Positions 28,611 to 44,068 of a DNA stretch of 64,000 nt are shown piece after piece; the first letter of the stretch is position 1, and the number at the start of each line of letters is the position of its first letter. This DNA comes from Escherichia coli (GTDB taxonomy: Bacteria > Pseudomonadota > Gammaproteobacteria > Enterobacterales > Enterobacteriaceae): NCBI RefSeq assembly GCF_044324785.1, contig NZ_CP172127.1; one strand, 5' to 3'. Both the position numbers and the translations under genes were made by a program. The notes under the pieces are model-generated. The model saw only the letters and a list, made by a program, of their open reading frames with translations, had not been told where the DNA came from and searched no databases.

Positions 28611-30539
28611 ATGCCTGTTATAACTCTTCCTGATGGCAGCCAACGCCATTACGACCACGCTGTAAGCCCCATGGATGTTGCGCTGGACATTGGTCCAGGT
28701 CTGGCGAAAGCCTGTATCGCAGGGCGCGTTAATGGCGAACTGGTTGATGCTTGCGATCTGATTGAAAACGACGCACAACTGTCGATCATTACCGCCAAAG
28801 ACGAAGAAGGTCTGGAGATCATTCGTCACTCCTGTGCGCACCTGTTAGGGCACGCGATTAAACAACTTTGGCCGCATACCAAAATGGCAATCGGCCCGGT
28901 TATTGACAACGGTTTTTATTACGACGTTGATCTTGACCGCACGTTAACCCAGGAAGATGTCGAAGCACTCGAGAAGCGGATGCATGAGCTTGCTGAGAAA
29001 AACTACGACGTCATTAAGAAGAAAGTCAGCTGGCACGAAGCGCGTGAAACTTTCGCCAACCGTGGGGAGAGCTACAAAGTCTCCATTCTTGACGAAAACA
29101 TCGCCCATGATGACAAGCCAGGTCTGTACTTCCATGAAGAATATGTCGATATGTGCCGCGGTCCGCACGTACCGAACATGCGTTTCTGCCATCATTTCAA
29201 ACTAATGAAAACGGCAGGGGCTTACTGGCGTGGCGACAGCAACAACAAAATGTTGCAACGTATTTACGGTACGGCGTGGGCAGACAAAAAAGCACTTAAC
29301 GCTTACCTGCAGCGCCTGGAAGAAGCCGCGAAACGCGACCACCGTAAAATCGGTAAACAACTCGACCTGTACCATATGCAGGAAGAAGCGCCGGGTATGG
29401 TATTCTGGCACAACGACGGCTGGACGATCTTCCGTGAACTGGAAGTGTTTGTTCGTTCTAAACTGAAAGAGTACCAGTATCAGGAAGTTAAAGGTCCGTT
29501 CATGATGGACCGTGTTCTGTGGGAAAAAACCGGTCACTGGGACAACTACAAAGATGCAATGTTCACCACGTCTTCTGAGAACCGTGAATACTGCATTAAG
29601 CCGATGAACTGCCCGGGTCACGTACAAATTTTCAACCAGGGGCTGAAGTCGTATCGCGATTTGCCGCTGCGTATGGCCGAGTTTGGTAGCTGCCACCGTA
29701 ACGAGCCGTCAGGTTCGCTGCATGGCCTGATGCGCGTACGTGGATTTACCCAGGATGACGCGCATATCTTCTGTACTGAAGAACAAATTCGCGATGAAGT
29801 TAACGGATGTATCCGTTTAGTCTATGATATGTACAGCACTTTTGGCTTCGAGAAGATCGTCGTCAAACTCTCCACTCGTCCTGAAAAACGTATTGGCAGC
29901 GACGAAATGTGGGATCGTGCTGAGGCGGACCTGGCGGTTGCGCTGGAAGAAAACAACATCCCGTTTGAATATCAACTGGGTGAAGGCGCTTTCTACGGTC
30001 CGAAAATTGAATTTACCCTGTATGACTGCCTCGATCGTGCATGGCAGTGCGGTACAGTACAGCTGGACTTCTCCTTGCCGTCTCGTCTGAGCGCCTCCTA
30101 TGTGGGCGAAGACAACGAGCGTAAGGTACCGGTAATGATTCACCGCGCAATTCTGGGGTCGATGGAACGTTTCATCGGTATCTTGACCGAAGAGTTCGCT
30201 GGTTTCTTCCCGACCTGGCTTGCGCCGGTTCAGGTTGTTATCATGAACATTACCGATTCTCAGTCTGAATACGTTAACGAATTGACGCAAAAACTATCAA
30301 ATGCGGGCATTCGTGTTAAAGCAGACTTGAGAAATGAGAAGATTGGCTTTAAAATCCGCGAGCACACTTTGCGTCGCGTCCCGTATATGCTGGTCTGTGG
30401 TGATAAAGAGGTGGAATCAGGCAAAGTTGCCGTTCGCACCCGCCGTGGTAAAGACCTGGGAAGCATGGACGTAAATGAAGTGATCGAGAAGCTGCAACAA
30501 GAGATTCGCAGCCGCAGTCTTAAACAATTGGAGGAATAA
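28611..30539 (+). CDS. thrS: threonyl-tRNA synthetase
   Basis: ORF 28611..30539, 642 aa, [34 protein letters not shown]... Confidence 0.98.
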
Positions 30540-31085
<546 letters not shown>

Positions 31086-31157
31086 GGCCTTCAAGTAGCA
31101 CTGTCTGTGGAGCCTTCGGGCTTCACAGGTTTTGTTCGCCTTTGTTTCGTTTATTAA

Positions 31158-31379
<222 letters not shown>

Positions 31380-31404
31380 GCCGTTAACGTTTTTAACTTT
31401 TTAA

Positions 31405-31788
<384 letters not shown>

Positions 31789-31796
31789 GCCAGTTG

Positions 31797-31828
31797 AAAG
31801 AGGGAGCTAGTCTCCCTCTTTTCGTTTC
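31797..31828 (+). terminator. rplT intrinsic terminator
   Basis: aaagagggag-ctagt-ctccctcttt followed by tcgtttc. Confidence 0.7.
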
Positions 31829-31910
31829 AACGCCATCAAAACATTGACTTTTATCGCCGTAGCCTTTTCAATAAAGGTCTTTTGAAGAGTACCAAAAGGT
31901 AACGCAAGCA

Positions 31911-31955
31911 ATGAATGCTGCTATTTTCCGCTTCTTTTTTTACTTTAGCACCTGA
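31911..31955 (+). CDS. pheM: pheST operon leader peptide (14 aa, 5 Phe)
   Basis: ATG AAT GCT GCT ATT TTC CGC TTC TTT TTT TAC TTT AGC ACC TGA translates to [14 protein letters not shown]; too short for the ORF track, read directly. Confidence 0.9.
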
Positions 31956-32002
31956 CTCCAGGAGGCTAGCGCGTGAGAAGAGAAACGGAAAACAGCGCCT
32001 GA

Positions 32003-32028
32003 AAGCCTCCCAGTGGAGGCTTTTTTTG
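32003..32028 (+). terminator. pheST attenuator terminator
   Basis: gcctcc-cagt-ggaggc followed by ttttttt, between pheM and pheS. Confidence 0.8.
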
Positions 32029-32196
32029 TATGCGCGTTTTGAAAAATAAAAAGCCTGTCTCATCAGGCGTAATTGTCGCAGCCAGTCTGGACACGGCCAG
32101 CGCGGAGAAACCGGAGCGTATTTAAGTACGTGAGGATTTCGAGCACTGCCCGGGACCAAAATGGCAAGTAAAATAGCCTGATGGGATAGGCTCTAA

Positions 32197-33222
<1,026 letters not shown>

Positions 33223-33233
33223 GGCAGGAATAG

Positions 33234-35624
<2,391 letters not shown>

Positions 35625-35628
35625 ACCT

Positions 35629-35928
35629 ATGGCGCTTACAAAAGCTGAAATGTCAGAATATCTGTTTGATAAGCTTGGGCTTAGCAAGCGGGATGCCAAA
35701 GAACTGGTTGAACTGTTTTTCGAAGAGATCCGTCGCGCTCTGGAAAACGGCGAACAGGTGAAACTCTCTGGTTTTGGTAACTTCGATCTGCGTGATAAGA
35801 ATCAACGCCCGGGACGTAACCCGAAAACGGGCGAGGATATTCCCATTACAGCACGGCGCGTGGTGACCTTCAGACCCGGGCAGAAGTTAAAAAGCCGGGT
35901 CGAAAACGCTTCGCCCAAAGACGAGTAA
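35629..35928 (+). CDS. ihfA: integration host factor alpha subunit
   Basis: ORF 35629..35928, 99 aa, [52 protein letters not shown]... Confidence 0.97.
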
Positions 35929-35940
35929 TCTGATCTAACT

Positions 35941-35972
35941 AAAAAGGCCGCTCTGCGGCCTTTTTTCTTTTC
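35941..35972 (+). terminator. ihfA intrinsic terminator
   Basis: aaaaaggccg-ctctg-cggccttttttcttttc. Confidence 0.8.
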
Positions 35973-36028
35973 ACTGTCGAAGAGTCACCGTAAAATCAAC
36001 GCCATGACACTTCAGCAGAACGGATACC

Positions 36029-37009
36029 ATGCTGACACTTGCCCGCCAACAACAGCGACAAAATATTCGCTGGTTATTATGCCTGTCAGTTTTGATGCTG
36101 CTGGCGCTTCTCTTAAGCCTTTGCGCCGGTGAACAATGGATTTCGCCAGGTGACTGGTTTACTCCTCGTGGCGAACTGTTCGTCTGGCAAATTCGCCTGC
36201 CACGTACGCTGGCTGTATTGCTGGTTGGTGCGGCGCTGGCTATATCCGGCGCAGTAATGCAGGCGTTGTTTGAAAATCCTCTGGCAGAACCTGGACTACT
36301 TGGCGTCTCTAACGGCGCAGGCGTGGGGCTTATCGCCGCGGTATTGCTTGGGCAAGGGCAACTCCCAAACTGGGCACTAGGGCTGTGTGCGATTGCTGGC
36401 GCGCTTATCATCACTTTAATACTCTTACGTTTCGCCCGTCGTCATCTTTCGACCAGTCGGTTATTGCTGGCTGGCGTTGCATTAGGGATTATCTGTAGCG
36501 CACTAATGACGTGGGCTATCTACTTTTCCACCTCTGTTGATTTACGTCAGCTGATGTACTGGATGATGGGCGGTTTTGGCGGCGTAGACTGGCGGCAAAG
36601 CTGGCTGATGCTGGCATTGATCCCCGTGTTGTTGTGGATCTGTTGTCAGTCCAGACCGATGAATATGTTAGCACTTGGCGAGATCTCGGCGCGGCAACTG
36701 GGTTTACCCCTGTGGTTCTGGCGCAATGTGCTGGTGGCAGCGACCGGCTGGATGGTTGGCGTTAGTGTGGCGCTGGCGGGTGCTATCGGCTTTATTGGTC
36801 TGGTGATCCCACATATTCTCCGGCTGTGTGGTTTAACCGATCATCGCGTATTACTTCCCGGCTGCGCGCTGGCAGGGGCGAGCGCATTGCTGCTGGCTGA
36901 TGTTGTAGCACGCCTGGCATTAGCTGCCGCAGAGCTGCCTATTGGCGTGGTCACCGCAACGTTGGGTTCGCCGGTATTTATCTGGTTATTGTTAAAAGCA
37001 GGACGTTAG
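36029..37009 (+). CDS. btuC: vitamin B12 ABC transporter permease BtuC
   Basis: ORF 36029..37009, 326 aa polytopic membrane protein. Confidence 0.96.
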   Translation: MLTLARQQQRQNIRWLLCLSVLMLLALLLSLCAGEQWISPGDWFTPRGELFVWQIRLPRTLAVLLVGAALAISGAVMQALFENPLAEPGLLGVSNGAGVGLIAAVLLGQGQLPNWALGLCAIAGALIITLILLRFARRHLSTSRLLLAGVALGIICSALMTWAIYFSTSVDLRQLMYWMMGGFGGVDWRQSWLMLALIPVLLWICCQSRPMNMLALGEISARQLGLPLWFWRNVLVAATGWMVGVSVALAGAIGFIGLVIPHILRLCGLTDHRVLLPGCALAGASALLLADVVARLALAAAELPIGVVTATLGSPVFIWLLLKAGR

Positions 37010-37071
37010 CCGCAAAAAGACGGTCTATGATTAAAAGCTAAGATTTTTACTGACCACACCCAGGAGAAACG

Positions 37072-37623
37072 ATGCAAGATTCCATTCTGACGACCGTAGT
37101 GAAAGATATCGACGGTGAAGTGACCACGCTGGAGAAGTACGCCGGTAATGTGCTGTTGATTGTCAATGTCGCCTCAAAGTGTGGCTTAACGCCGCAATAT
37201 GAGCAGTTGGAGAATATTCAGAAAGCCTGGGCCGATCGAGGTTTTGTGGTGCTGGGATTCCCGTGCAACCAGTTTCTGGAACAAGAACCGGGCAGCGATG
37301 AAGAGATTAAAACTTACTGTACCACCACATGGGGGGTGACGTTCCCGATGTTCAGTAAGATTGAAGTTAATGGCGAAGGACGCCATCCACTGTATCAAAA
37401 ATTGATTGCCGCAGCGCCGACGGCAGTCGCGCCGGAAGAGAGCGGATTCTATGCCCGTATGGTCAGCAAAGGTCGTGCACCGCTGTACCCTGATGATATT
37501 TTATGGAATTTTGAGAAATTTTTAGTCGGCAGGGACGGATTGGTCATCCAGCGTTTTTCCCCGGATATGACGCCGGAAGCTCCCATTGTGATGGAAAGCA
37601 TTAAACTGGCGTTGGCGAAATAA
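37072..37623 (+). CDS. btuE: glutathione-peroxidase-like thioredoxin/glutathione peroxidase BtuE
   Basis: ORF 37072..37623, 183 aa; GPx motifs ([20 protein letters not shown]). Confidence 0.96.
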   Translation: MQDSILTTVVKDIDGEVTTLEKYAGNVLLIVNVASKCGLTPQYEQLENIQKAWADRGFVVLGFPCNQFLEQEPGSDEEIKTYCTTTWGVTFPMFSKIEVNGEGRHPLYQKLIAAAPTAVAPEESGFYARMVSKGRAPLYPDDILWNFEKFLVGRDGLVIQRFSPDMTPEAPIVMESIKLALAK

Positions 37624-38372
37624 TGTCTATTGTGATGCAGCTACAGGATGTTGCGGAATCAACCCGCCTTGGGCCGCTTTCTGGCGAGGTTCGGGCTGGG
37701 GAGATCCTGCACCTGGTGGGGCCGAATGGCGCGGGTAAGAGTACCTTACTGGCGCGAATGGCCGGAATGACCAGCGGTAAGGGAAGCATTCAGTTCGCGG
37801 GGCAACCACTGGAAGCATGGTCCGCAACAAAACTCGCGCTGCATCGCGCCTATCTTTCACAACAGCAGACGCCGCCGTTTGCAATGCCGGTCTGGCACTA
37901 CCTGACACTGCATCAGCACGATAAAACGCGTACCGAACTACTGAATGATATCGCAGGGGCGCTGGCTCTTGATGACAAACTCGGACGTAGCACCAATCAA
38001 CTTTCCGGCGGTGAATGGCAACGCGTACGTCTTGCTGCGGTGGTGCTGCAAATCACACCACAAGCCAATCCCGCAGGCCAATTGCTGCTTCTTGATGAGC
38101 CGATGAACAGTCTTGATGTTGCGCAACAAAGTGCGTTAGACAAAATTCTGAGCGTGCTGTGTCAGCAAGGACTGGCGATTGTGATGAGCAGTCACGATCT
38201 CAACCACACATTGCGTCATGCGCATCGGGCGTGGTTGCTAAAAGGTGGAAAAATGCTGGCCAGTGGACGCAGAGAAGAGGTGCTCACGCCGCCAAATCTG
38301 GCGCAGGCCTATGGGATGAATTTTCGCCGTCTGGATATCGAAGGTCACCGAATGCTGATTTCGACCATCTGA
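37623..38372 (+). CDS. btuD: vitamin B12 ABC transporter ATP-binding protein BtuD
   Basis: ORF 37623..38372, 249 aa; Walker [10 protein letters not shown]; TAATG overlap with btuE. Confidence 0.96.
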   Translation: MSIVMQLQDVAESTRLGPLSGEVRAGEILHLVGPNGAGKSTLLARMAGMTSGKGSIQFAGQPLEAWSATKLALHRAYLSQQQTPPFAMPVWHYLTLHQHDKTRTELLNDIAGALALDDKLGRSTNQLSGGEWQRVRLAAVVLQITPQANPAGQLLLLDEPMNSLDVAQQSALDKILSVLCQQGLAIVMSSHDLNHTLRHAHRAWLLKGGKMLASGRREEVLTPPNLAQAYGMNFRRLDIEGHRMLISTI

Positions 38373-38449
38373 TTTCATTAGTATCTTGAAAATCGGGTAA
38401 TTACGACGCTAAATTAATGCAAGAATAAAAAACAGAGGAACCGTACGGA

Positions 38450-38914
38450 ATGCGTTTCTGCCTTATTTTGATCACAGCACTGTTTCTGGCCGGGTGTAGC
38501 CACCATAAAGCACCGCCGCCAAATGCCAGACTTTCTGATTCGATTACCGTTATTGCCGGTTTGAACGACCAGCTACAAAGCTGGCATGGCACGCCGTATC
38601 GTTATGGTGGCATGACGCGGCGCGGTGTGGACTGTTCGGGATTTGTTGTTGTGACGATGCGCGATCGTTTCGATTTGCAGCTGCCCCGTGAAACCAAACA
38701 ACAAGCCTCTATCGGCACGCAAATTGATAAAGACGAGTTGCTGCCTGGTGACCTGGTCTTTTTCAAAACGGGCTCCGGACAAAATGGTTTGCATGTAGGT
38801 ATTTATGATACCAACAACCAATTTATCCACGCCTCTACCAGCAAGGGAGTGATGCGTTCCTCACTCGATAATGTCTATTGGCAGAAAAATTTCTGGCAGG
38901 CGAGACGAATCTAG
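38450..38914 (+). CDS. nlpC: NlpC/P60-family peptidoglycan endopeptidase lipoprotein NlpC
   Basis: ORF 38450..38914, 154 aa; lipobox LAGC; catalytic Cys context DCSGFV. Confidence 0.95.
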   Translation: MRFCLILITALFLAGCSHHKAPPPNARLSDSITVIAGLNDQLQSWHGTPYRYGGMTRRGVDCSGFVVVTMRDRFDLQLPRETKQQASIGTQIDKDELLPGDLVFFKTGSGQNGLHVGIYDTNNQFIHASTSKGVMRSSLDNVYWQKNFWQARRI

Positions 38915-38923
38915 TATGTCGAA

Positions 38924-38958
38924 AAATGGACGGCGATGATACATCTCCGTCCATTTAC
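38924..38958 (+). terminator. hairpin downstream of nlpC (possible terminator)
   Basis: atggacgg...ccgtccat inverted repeat with a long loop, followed by ttactcc; weak T-tract. Confidence 0.35.
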
Positions 38959-39160
38959 TCCTGAATACAGTAGTATTTTACAGACAAAAATTCCGTAAAT
39001 GGATTATTCGTTTATAATCAGGATAATCTAATAAAAGGACCCCTGAAAAAGTGGTTAACATGGAACAAATGAAAGTTACTCCTTCTGTAATTGTTATGTC
39101 TTATGGCCTCATCCCTTTTAGCCGGATACTGAAAAACATCCTTCGAGAGGGACGGTTACC

Positions 39161-39874
39161 ATGAAGATTTTTTTGGAGAATCTTTATCATTCTGATTGCT
39201 ATTTCCTGCCGATAAGAGATAACCAGCAAGACCTTGTCGGCGTTGAGTTAATTACCCATTTCTCCAGTGAAGATGGTACGGTTCGTATCCCGACGAGTCG
39301 GGTTATAGCGCAACTTACCGAGGAGCAACATTGGCAATTATTTTCTGAGCAGTTGGAATTGCTAAAATCATGCCAACACTTTTTTATTCAACATAAACTC
39401 TTTGCCTGGCTTAATTTAACCCCACAAGTGGCTACTTTATTATTAGACAGGGATAATTACGCGGGCGAACTATTAAAATATCCGTTTATTGAACTGTTGA
39501 TTAATGAGAATTACCCGCATCTCGATGAAGGAAAAGATAATCGCGATCTTTTTTCCTTATCGCAAATGTATCCCCTTGTGTTAGGTAATTTGGGCGCAGG
39601 CAATAGCACAATGAAAGCGGTTTTTGATGGCCTTTTCACCCGCGTCATGCTGGATAAAAGTTTTATTCAGCAACAAATCACGCATCGCTCCTTCGAACCG
39701 TTTATTCGTGCGATCCAGGCGCAAATTTCCCCATGTTGCAATTGCATCATCGCGGGGGGCATTGATACGCCAGAAATAATGGCACAGATTATCCCCTTTG
39801 ATTTCCATGCTCTCCAGGGATGCCTGTGGCCTGCCGTTCCTGTAAATCAGATAACGACGTTGGTTCAGCGATAA
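39161..39874 (+). CDS. ydiV: anti-FlhD4C2 factor YdiV (degenerate EAL domain)
   Basis: ORF 39161..39874, 237 aa, MKIFLENLYHSDCYFLPIRDNQQDLVGVELITHFSSEDG... Confidence 0.94.
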   Translation: MKIFLENLYHSDCYFLPIRDNQQDLVGVELITHFSSEDGTVRIPTSRVIAQLTEEQHWQLFSEQLELLKSCQHFFIQHKLFAWLNLTPQVATLLLDRDNYAGELLKYPFIELLINENYPHLDEGKDNRDLFSLSQMYPLVLGNLGAGNSTMKAVFDGLFTRVMLDKSFIQQQITHRSFEPFIRAIQAQISPCCNCIIAGGIDTPEIMAQIIPFDFHALQGCLWPAVPVNQITTLVQR

Positions 39875-39897
39875 CCCTCCTGTTTGCTGGTGTTTAA

Positions 39898-41373
<1,476 letters not shown>

Positions 41374-41376
41374 AGG

Positions 41377-41568
41377 CTACTTGGTCAACAGCAGCTTGCC
41401 AGCCTGAGTTTTACGAAGCAGATATTCTTGCCCGTCATGATCGATAATCAGTTTGCCATCCGGACCTAACAGTGTCTGGCTGGTAATTCGCCGAATGGGC
41501 TGCGGGGAAGCGGTCTTGTGATTGGCATCCGTTTCAGGCGTGAGTTTTCTGCTATCCGTATAACGCAT
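41377..41568 (-). CDS. ydiE: HemP-family small protein YdiE
   Basis: ORF 41377..41595; start set to ATG 41568 ([28 protein letters not shown]..., 63 aa); convergent with selO, stops 3 nt apart. Confidence 0.85.
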   Translation of the reverse strand: MRYTDSRKLTPETDANHKTASPQPIRRITSQTLLGPDGKLIIDHDGQEYLLRKTQAGKLLLTK

Positions 41569-41582
41569 AAAAATTAATAATA

Positions 41583-41609
41583 ATTGATATAACAATAATT
41601 CTTATTATC
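41583..41609 (-). promoter_or_regulatory. Fur-box-like sequence upstream of ydiE
   Basis: Minus-strand GATAATAAGAATTATTGTTATATCAAT resembles the Fur consensus GATAATGATAATCATTATC; lies 15-40 nt upstream of the ydiE ATG. Confidence 0.5.
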
Positions 41610-41699
41610 AATATTCTGGCGGGCCAGAGCAAGCAGTAATTTGTTGAGAAGACAACAAGTTGCGCAGAAATGCCCATTCCGTCAGGAATGGGCACGCAT

Positions 41700-42746
41700 T
41701 CAGAAGCGGGTATCAACCGCAGAGGCGAGTTTTTCGACCAGGCGTTCGGTATCTTCCCAGCCCAGACACGGGTCGGTAATCGATTGACCGTAAGTGAGCG
41801 GCTGACCGCCGACGATTTTTTGCGTTCCTTCGCGCAGGAAACTTTCCGCCATAATTCCAGCAATCGCCGTAGAGCCATTGCGGATTTGCTGACAAATATC
41901 CTCACAAACTTCTAACTGGCGACGGTGCTGCTTCTGGCAGTTACCGTGGCTGAAATCCACCACCAGATGTTCAGGCAAATCAAATTCGTGCAGCGTATCG
42001 CAGGCTGCGGCGATATCATCGGCATGATAATTCGGTTTTTTGCCGCCACGCATAATAATGTGGCCATACGGGTTGCCGCTGGTCTGATAGATGGTCATCT
42101 GACCATTTTTGTCTGGCGAGAGGAACATATGGCTGGCGCGGGCTGCGCGGATAGCATCCACAGCAATCCGCGTGTTGCCATCGGTACCATTTTTAAAACC
42201 TACCGGACAGGAGAGTGCCGAAGCCATTTCACGGTGGATCTGACTTTCGGTAGTACGTGCGCCAATCGCGCCCCAACTGATTAAATCAGCAATAAACTGA
42301 CCGGTCACCATATCGAGGAACTCAGTCGCGGTGGGGACGCCCAGCTCATTTACCTGTAAAAGTAATTTGCGCGCCAGCTCCAGACCGTGATTTACCCGAT
42401 AGCTGCCGTTTAAATCCGGATCGGAGATTAGCCCTTTCCAGCCGACAACAGTTCGTGGTTTTTCAAAATAGGTGCGCATTACGATTTCCAGCCGTGACTG
42501 GTACTGGTTGCGCAGCGACTGCAGACGGGTGGCGTACTCCATTGCAGCGGTGAGATCGTGGATCGAGCAGGGGCCAATAATGACCAACAGTCGCTTATCT
42601 TCACCATTCAGTATTTTTTCAATTCTGCGGCGGGAGTCGGTGACATGGGTGGCGACGCCAGGCGTTACGGGATACCGTAGCGCGAGTTCGGCGGGCGTTA
42701 CCAGGCTCTCAATACGCGCAGTACGGAGTTCGTCAGTTCTGTTCAT
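41700..42746 (-). CDS. aroH: DAHP synthase, Trp-sensitive isozyme
   Basis: ORF 41700..42746, 348 aa, MNRTDELRTARIESLVTPAELALRYPVTP... Confidence 0.97.
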   Translation of the reverse strand: MNRTDELRTARIESLVTPAELALRYPVTPGVATHVTDSRRRIEKILNGEDKRLLVIIGPCSIHDLTAAMEYATRLQSLRNQYQSRLEIVMRTYFEKPRTVVGWKGLISDPDLNGSYRVNHGLELARKLLLQVNELGVPTATEFLDMVTGQFIADLISWGAIGARTTESQIHREMASALSCPVGFKNGTDGNTRIAVDAIRAARASHMFLSPDKNGQMTIYQTSGNPYGHIIMRGGKKPNYHADDIAAACDTLHEFDLPEHLVVDFSHGNCQKQHRRQLEVCEDICQQIRNGSTAIAGIMAESFLREGTQKIVGGQPLTYGQSITDPCLGWEDTERLVEKLASAVDTRF

Positions 42747-42891
42747 TACAAGTCTCAGAAATTTGTTGCTTCTACGGCAGGACTACCGGGAAGTGATGCG
42801 CATCACGATAAACCAATCGCAGCTGATTTCAAGTGCGAGGTGTGTCACACCTCGCCGGGTGGTTAGCATGATAACAAAAAAACAAGTTAAT

Positions 42892-42909
42892 GCACTAGTT
42901 CTCTAGTAC
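42892..42909 (-). promoter_or_regulatory. TrpR operator of the aroH promoter
   Basis: Minus-strand GTACTAGAGAACTAGTGC, matching the known aroH trp-repressor operator; overlaps the ppsR stop codon (42903..42905). Confidence 0.85.
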
Positions 42910-43736
42910 ATTCGGCGGCTAAGGCCCATGATATCGAGGATCTTGGTGGCAATCTCTTCTACCGAATAATTGGTACTGTTAATCCACGGGATCTGATTTT
43001 TACGGTACAACGCTTCCACTTCCGCGACTTCCATCCTGCACTGACGAAGCGAGGCATAGCGACTGTTCTCCCGACGTTCCTCGCGAATCGCCGCCAGACG
43101 TTCCGGGTCGATAGTCAGGCCGAACAATTTATGCTGAAGCGGTTTGAGCGACGCGGGTAGCACAAGATTATCCATATCGTCGGCAATAAAGGGGTAGTTT
43201 GCCGCGCGGATACCAAACTGCATTGCCAGATACAGACTGGTGGGGGTTTTACCACAGCGAGAAACACCGAGCAGGATCACCTGAGCCTGGTCCAGATTGC
43301 GCAACGAAATGCCGTCATCGTGGGCGAGGGTGTAATCAATCGCCGCAATGCGCGCATCATATTTATTGAGATTATTAGGGTTAAGGCCGTGGGTTCGGTG
43401 AGCAATCGGCGTTGGATCCAGTTTCATCTCTTGTTGTAGCGGGGCAACCAGCGCCTGAACGATATCCTGGCAAAACCCTTCACTTTGCAAGATGATGGCG
43501 CGAATCTCCGGCAATACGATGGAGTAGAAGACCAGCGGGCGCACACCTGTCTGGTGATAAATTGCGTCAATCTGATCCTTCACTGCCCGTGCACGGCTCT
43601 CATTTTCGACAAACGGCAGCGTAATGCTGCTGATAGTGACGGGAAATTGTGACATTACTGCGTGTCCTAATACCTCCGCAGTTATTGCCGTACCATCAGA
43701 AATATAAAAAACGTGGCGATCAACAGCATTATCCAT
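42903..43736 (-). CDS. ppsR: PEP synthase regulatory protein PpsR (bifunctional kinase/pyrophosphorylase, DUF299)
   Basis: ORF 42903..43736, 277 aa; P-loop GVSRCGKT. Confidence 0.95.
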
Positions 43737-43966
43737 TTTGTTCTTCCCGTGATGCAGACATAATTCTATGAAAGCATAAATTAAAAACGCACAGAAGCGT
43801 AGAATGTTATGTCTGGTTTATAAAATGAACCTTCAATTTTATTATTTATGAAAACAGCATTTCATTTTTATGGTTTCGTTTATACCGATGGTTTATGTGG
43901 AAATTGTCGAATAAAGCAGGTTTGCGCAACGCTGGGATCAGTCTTAAAAAGTAAAAAAATATATTT

Positions 43967-43982
43967 GCTTGAACGATTCACC
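43967..43982 (+). promoter_or_regulatory. Cra (FruR)-like site upstream of ppsA
   Basis: GCTTGAACGATTCACC: near-palindromic TGAAC-G-ATTCA resembling the Cra half-sites TGAAAC/GTTTCA; ppsA is a known Cra-activated gene; about 90 bp upstream of the ppsA ATG. Confidence 0.4.
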
Positions 43983-44068
43983 GTTTTTTTCATCCGGTTA
44001 AATATGCAAAGATAAATGCGCAGAAATGTGTTTCTCAAACCGTTCATTTATCACAAAAGGATTGTTCG

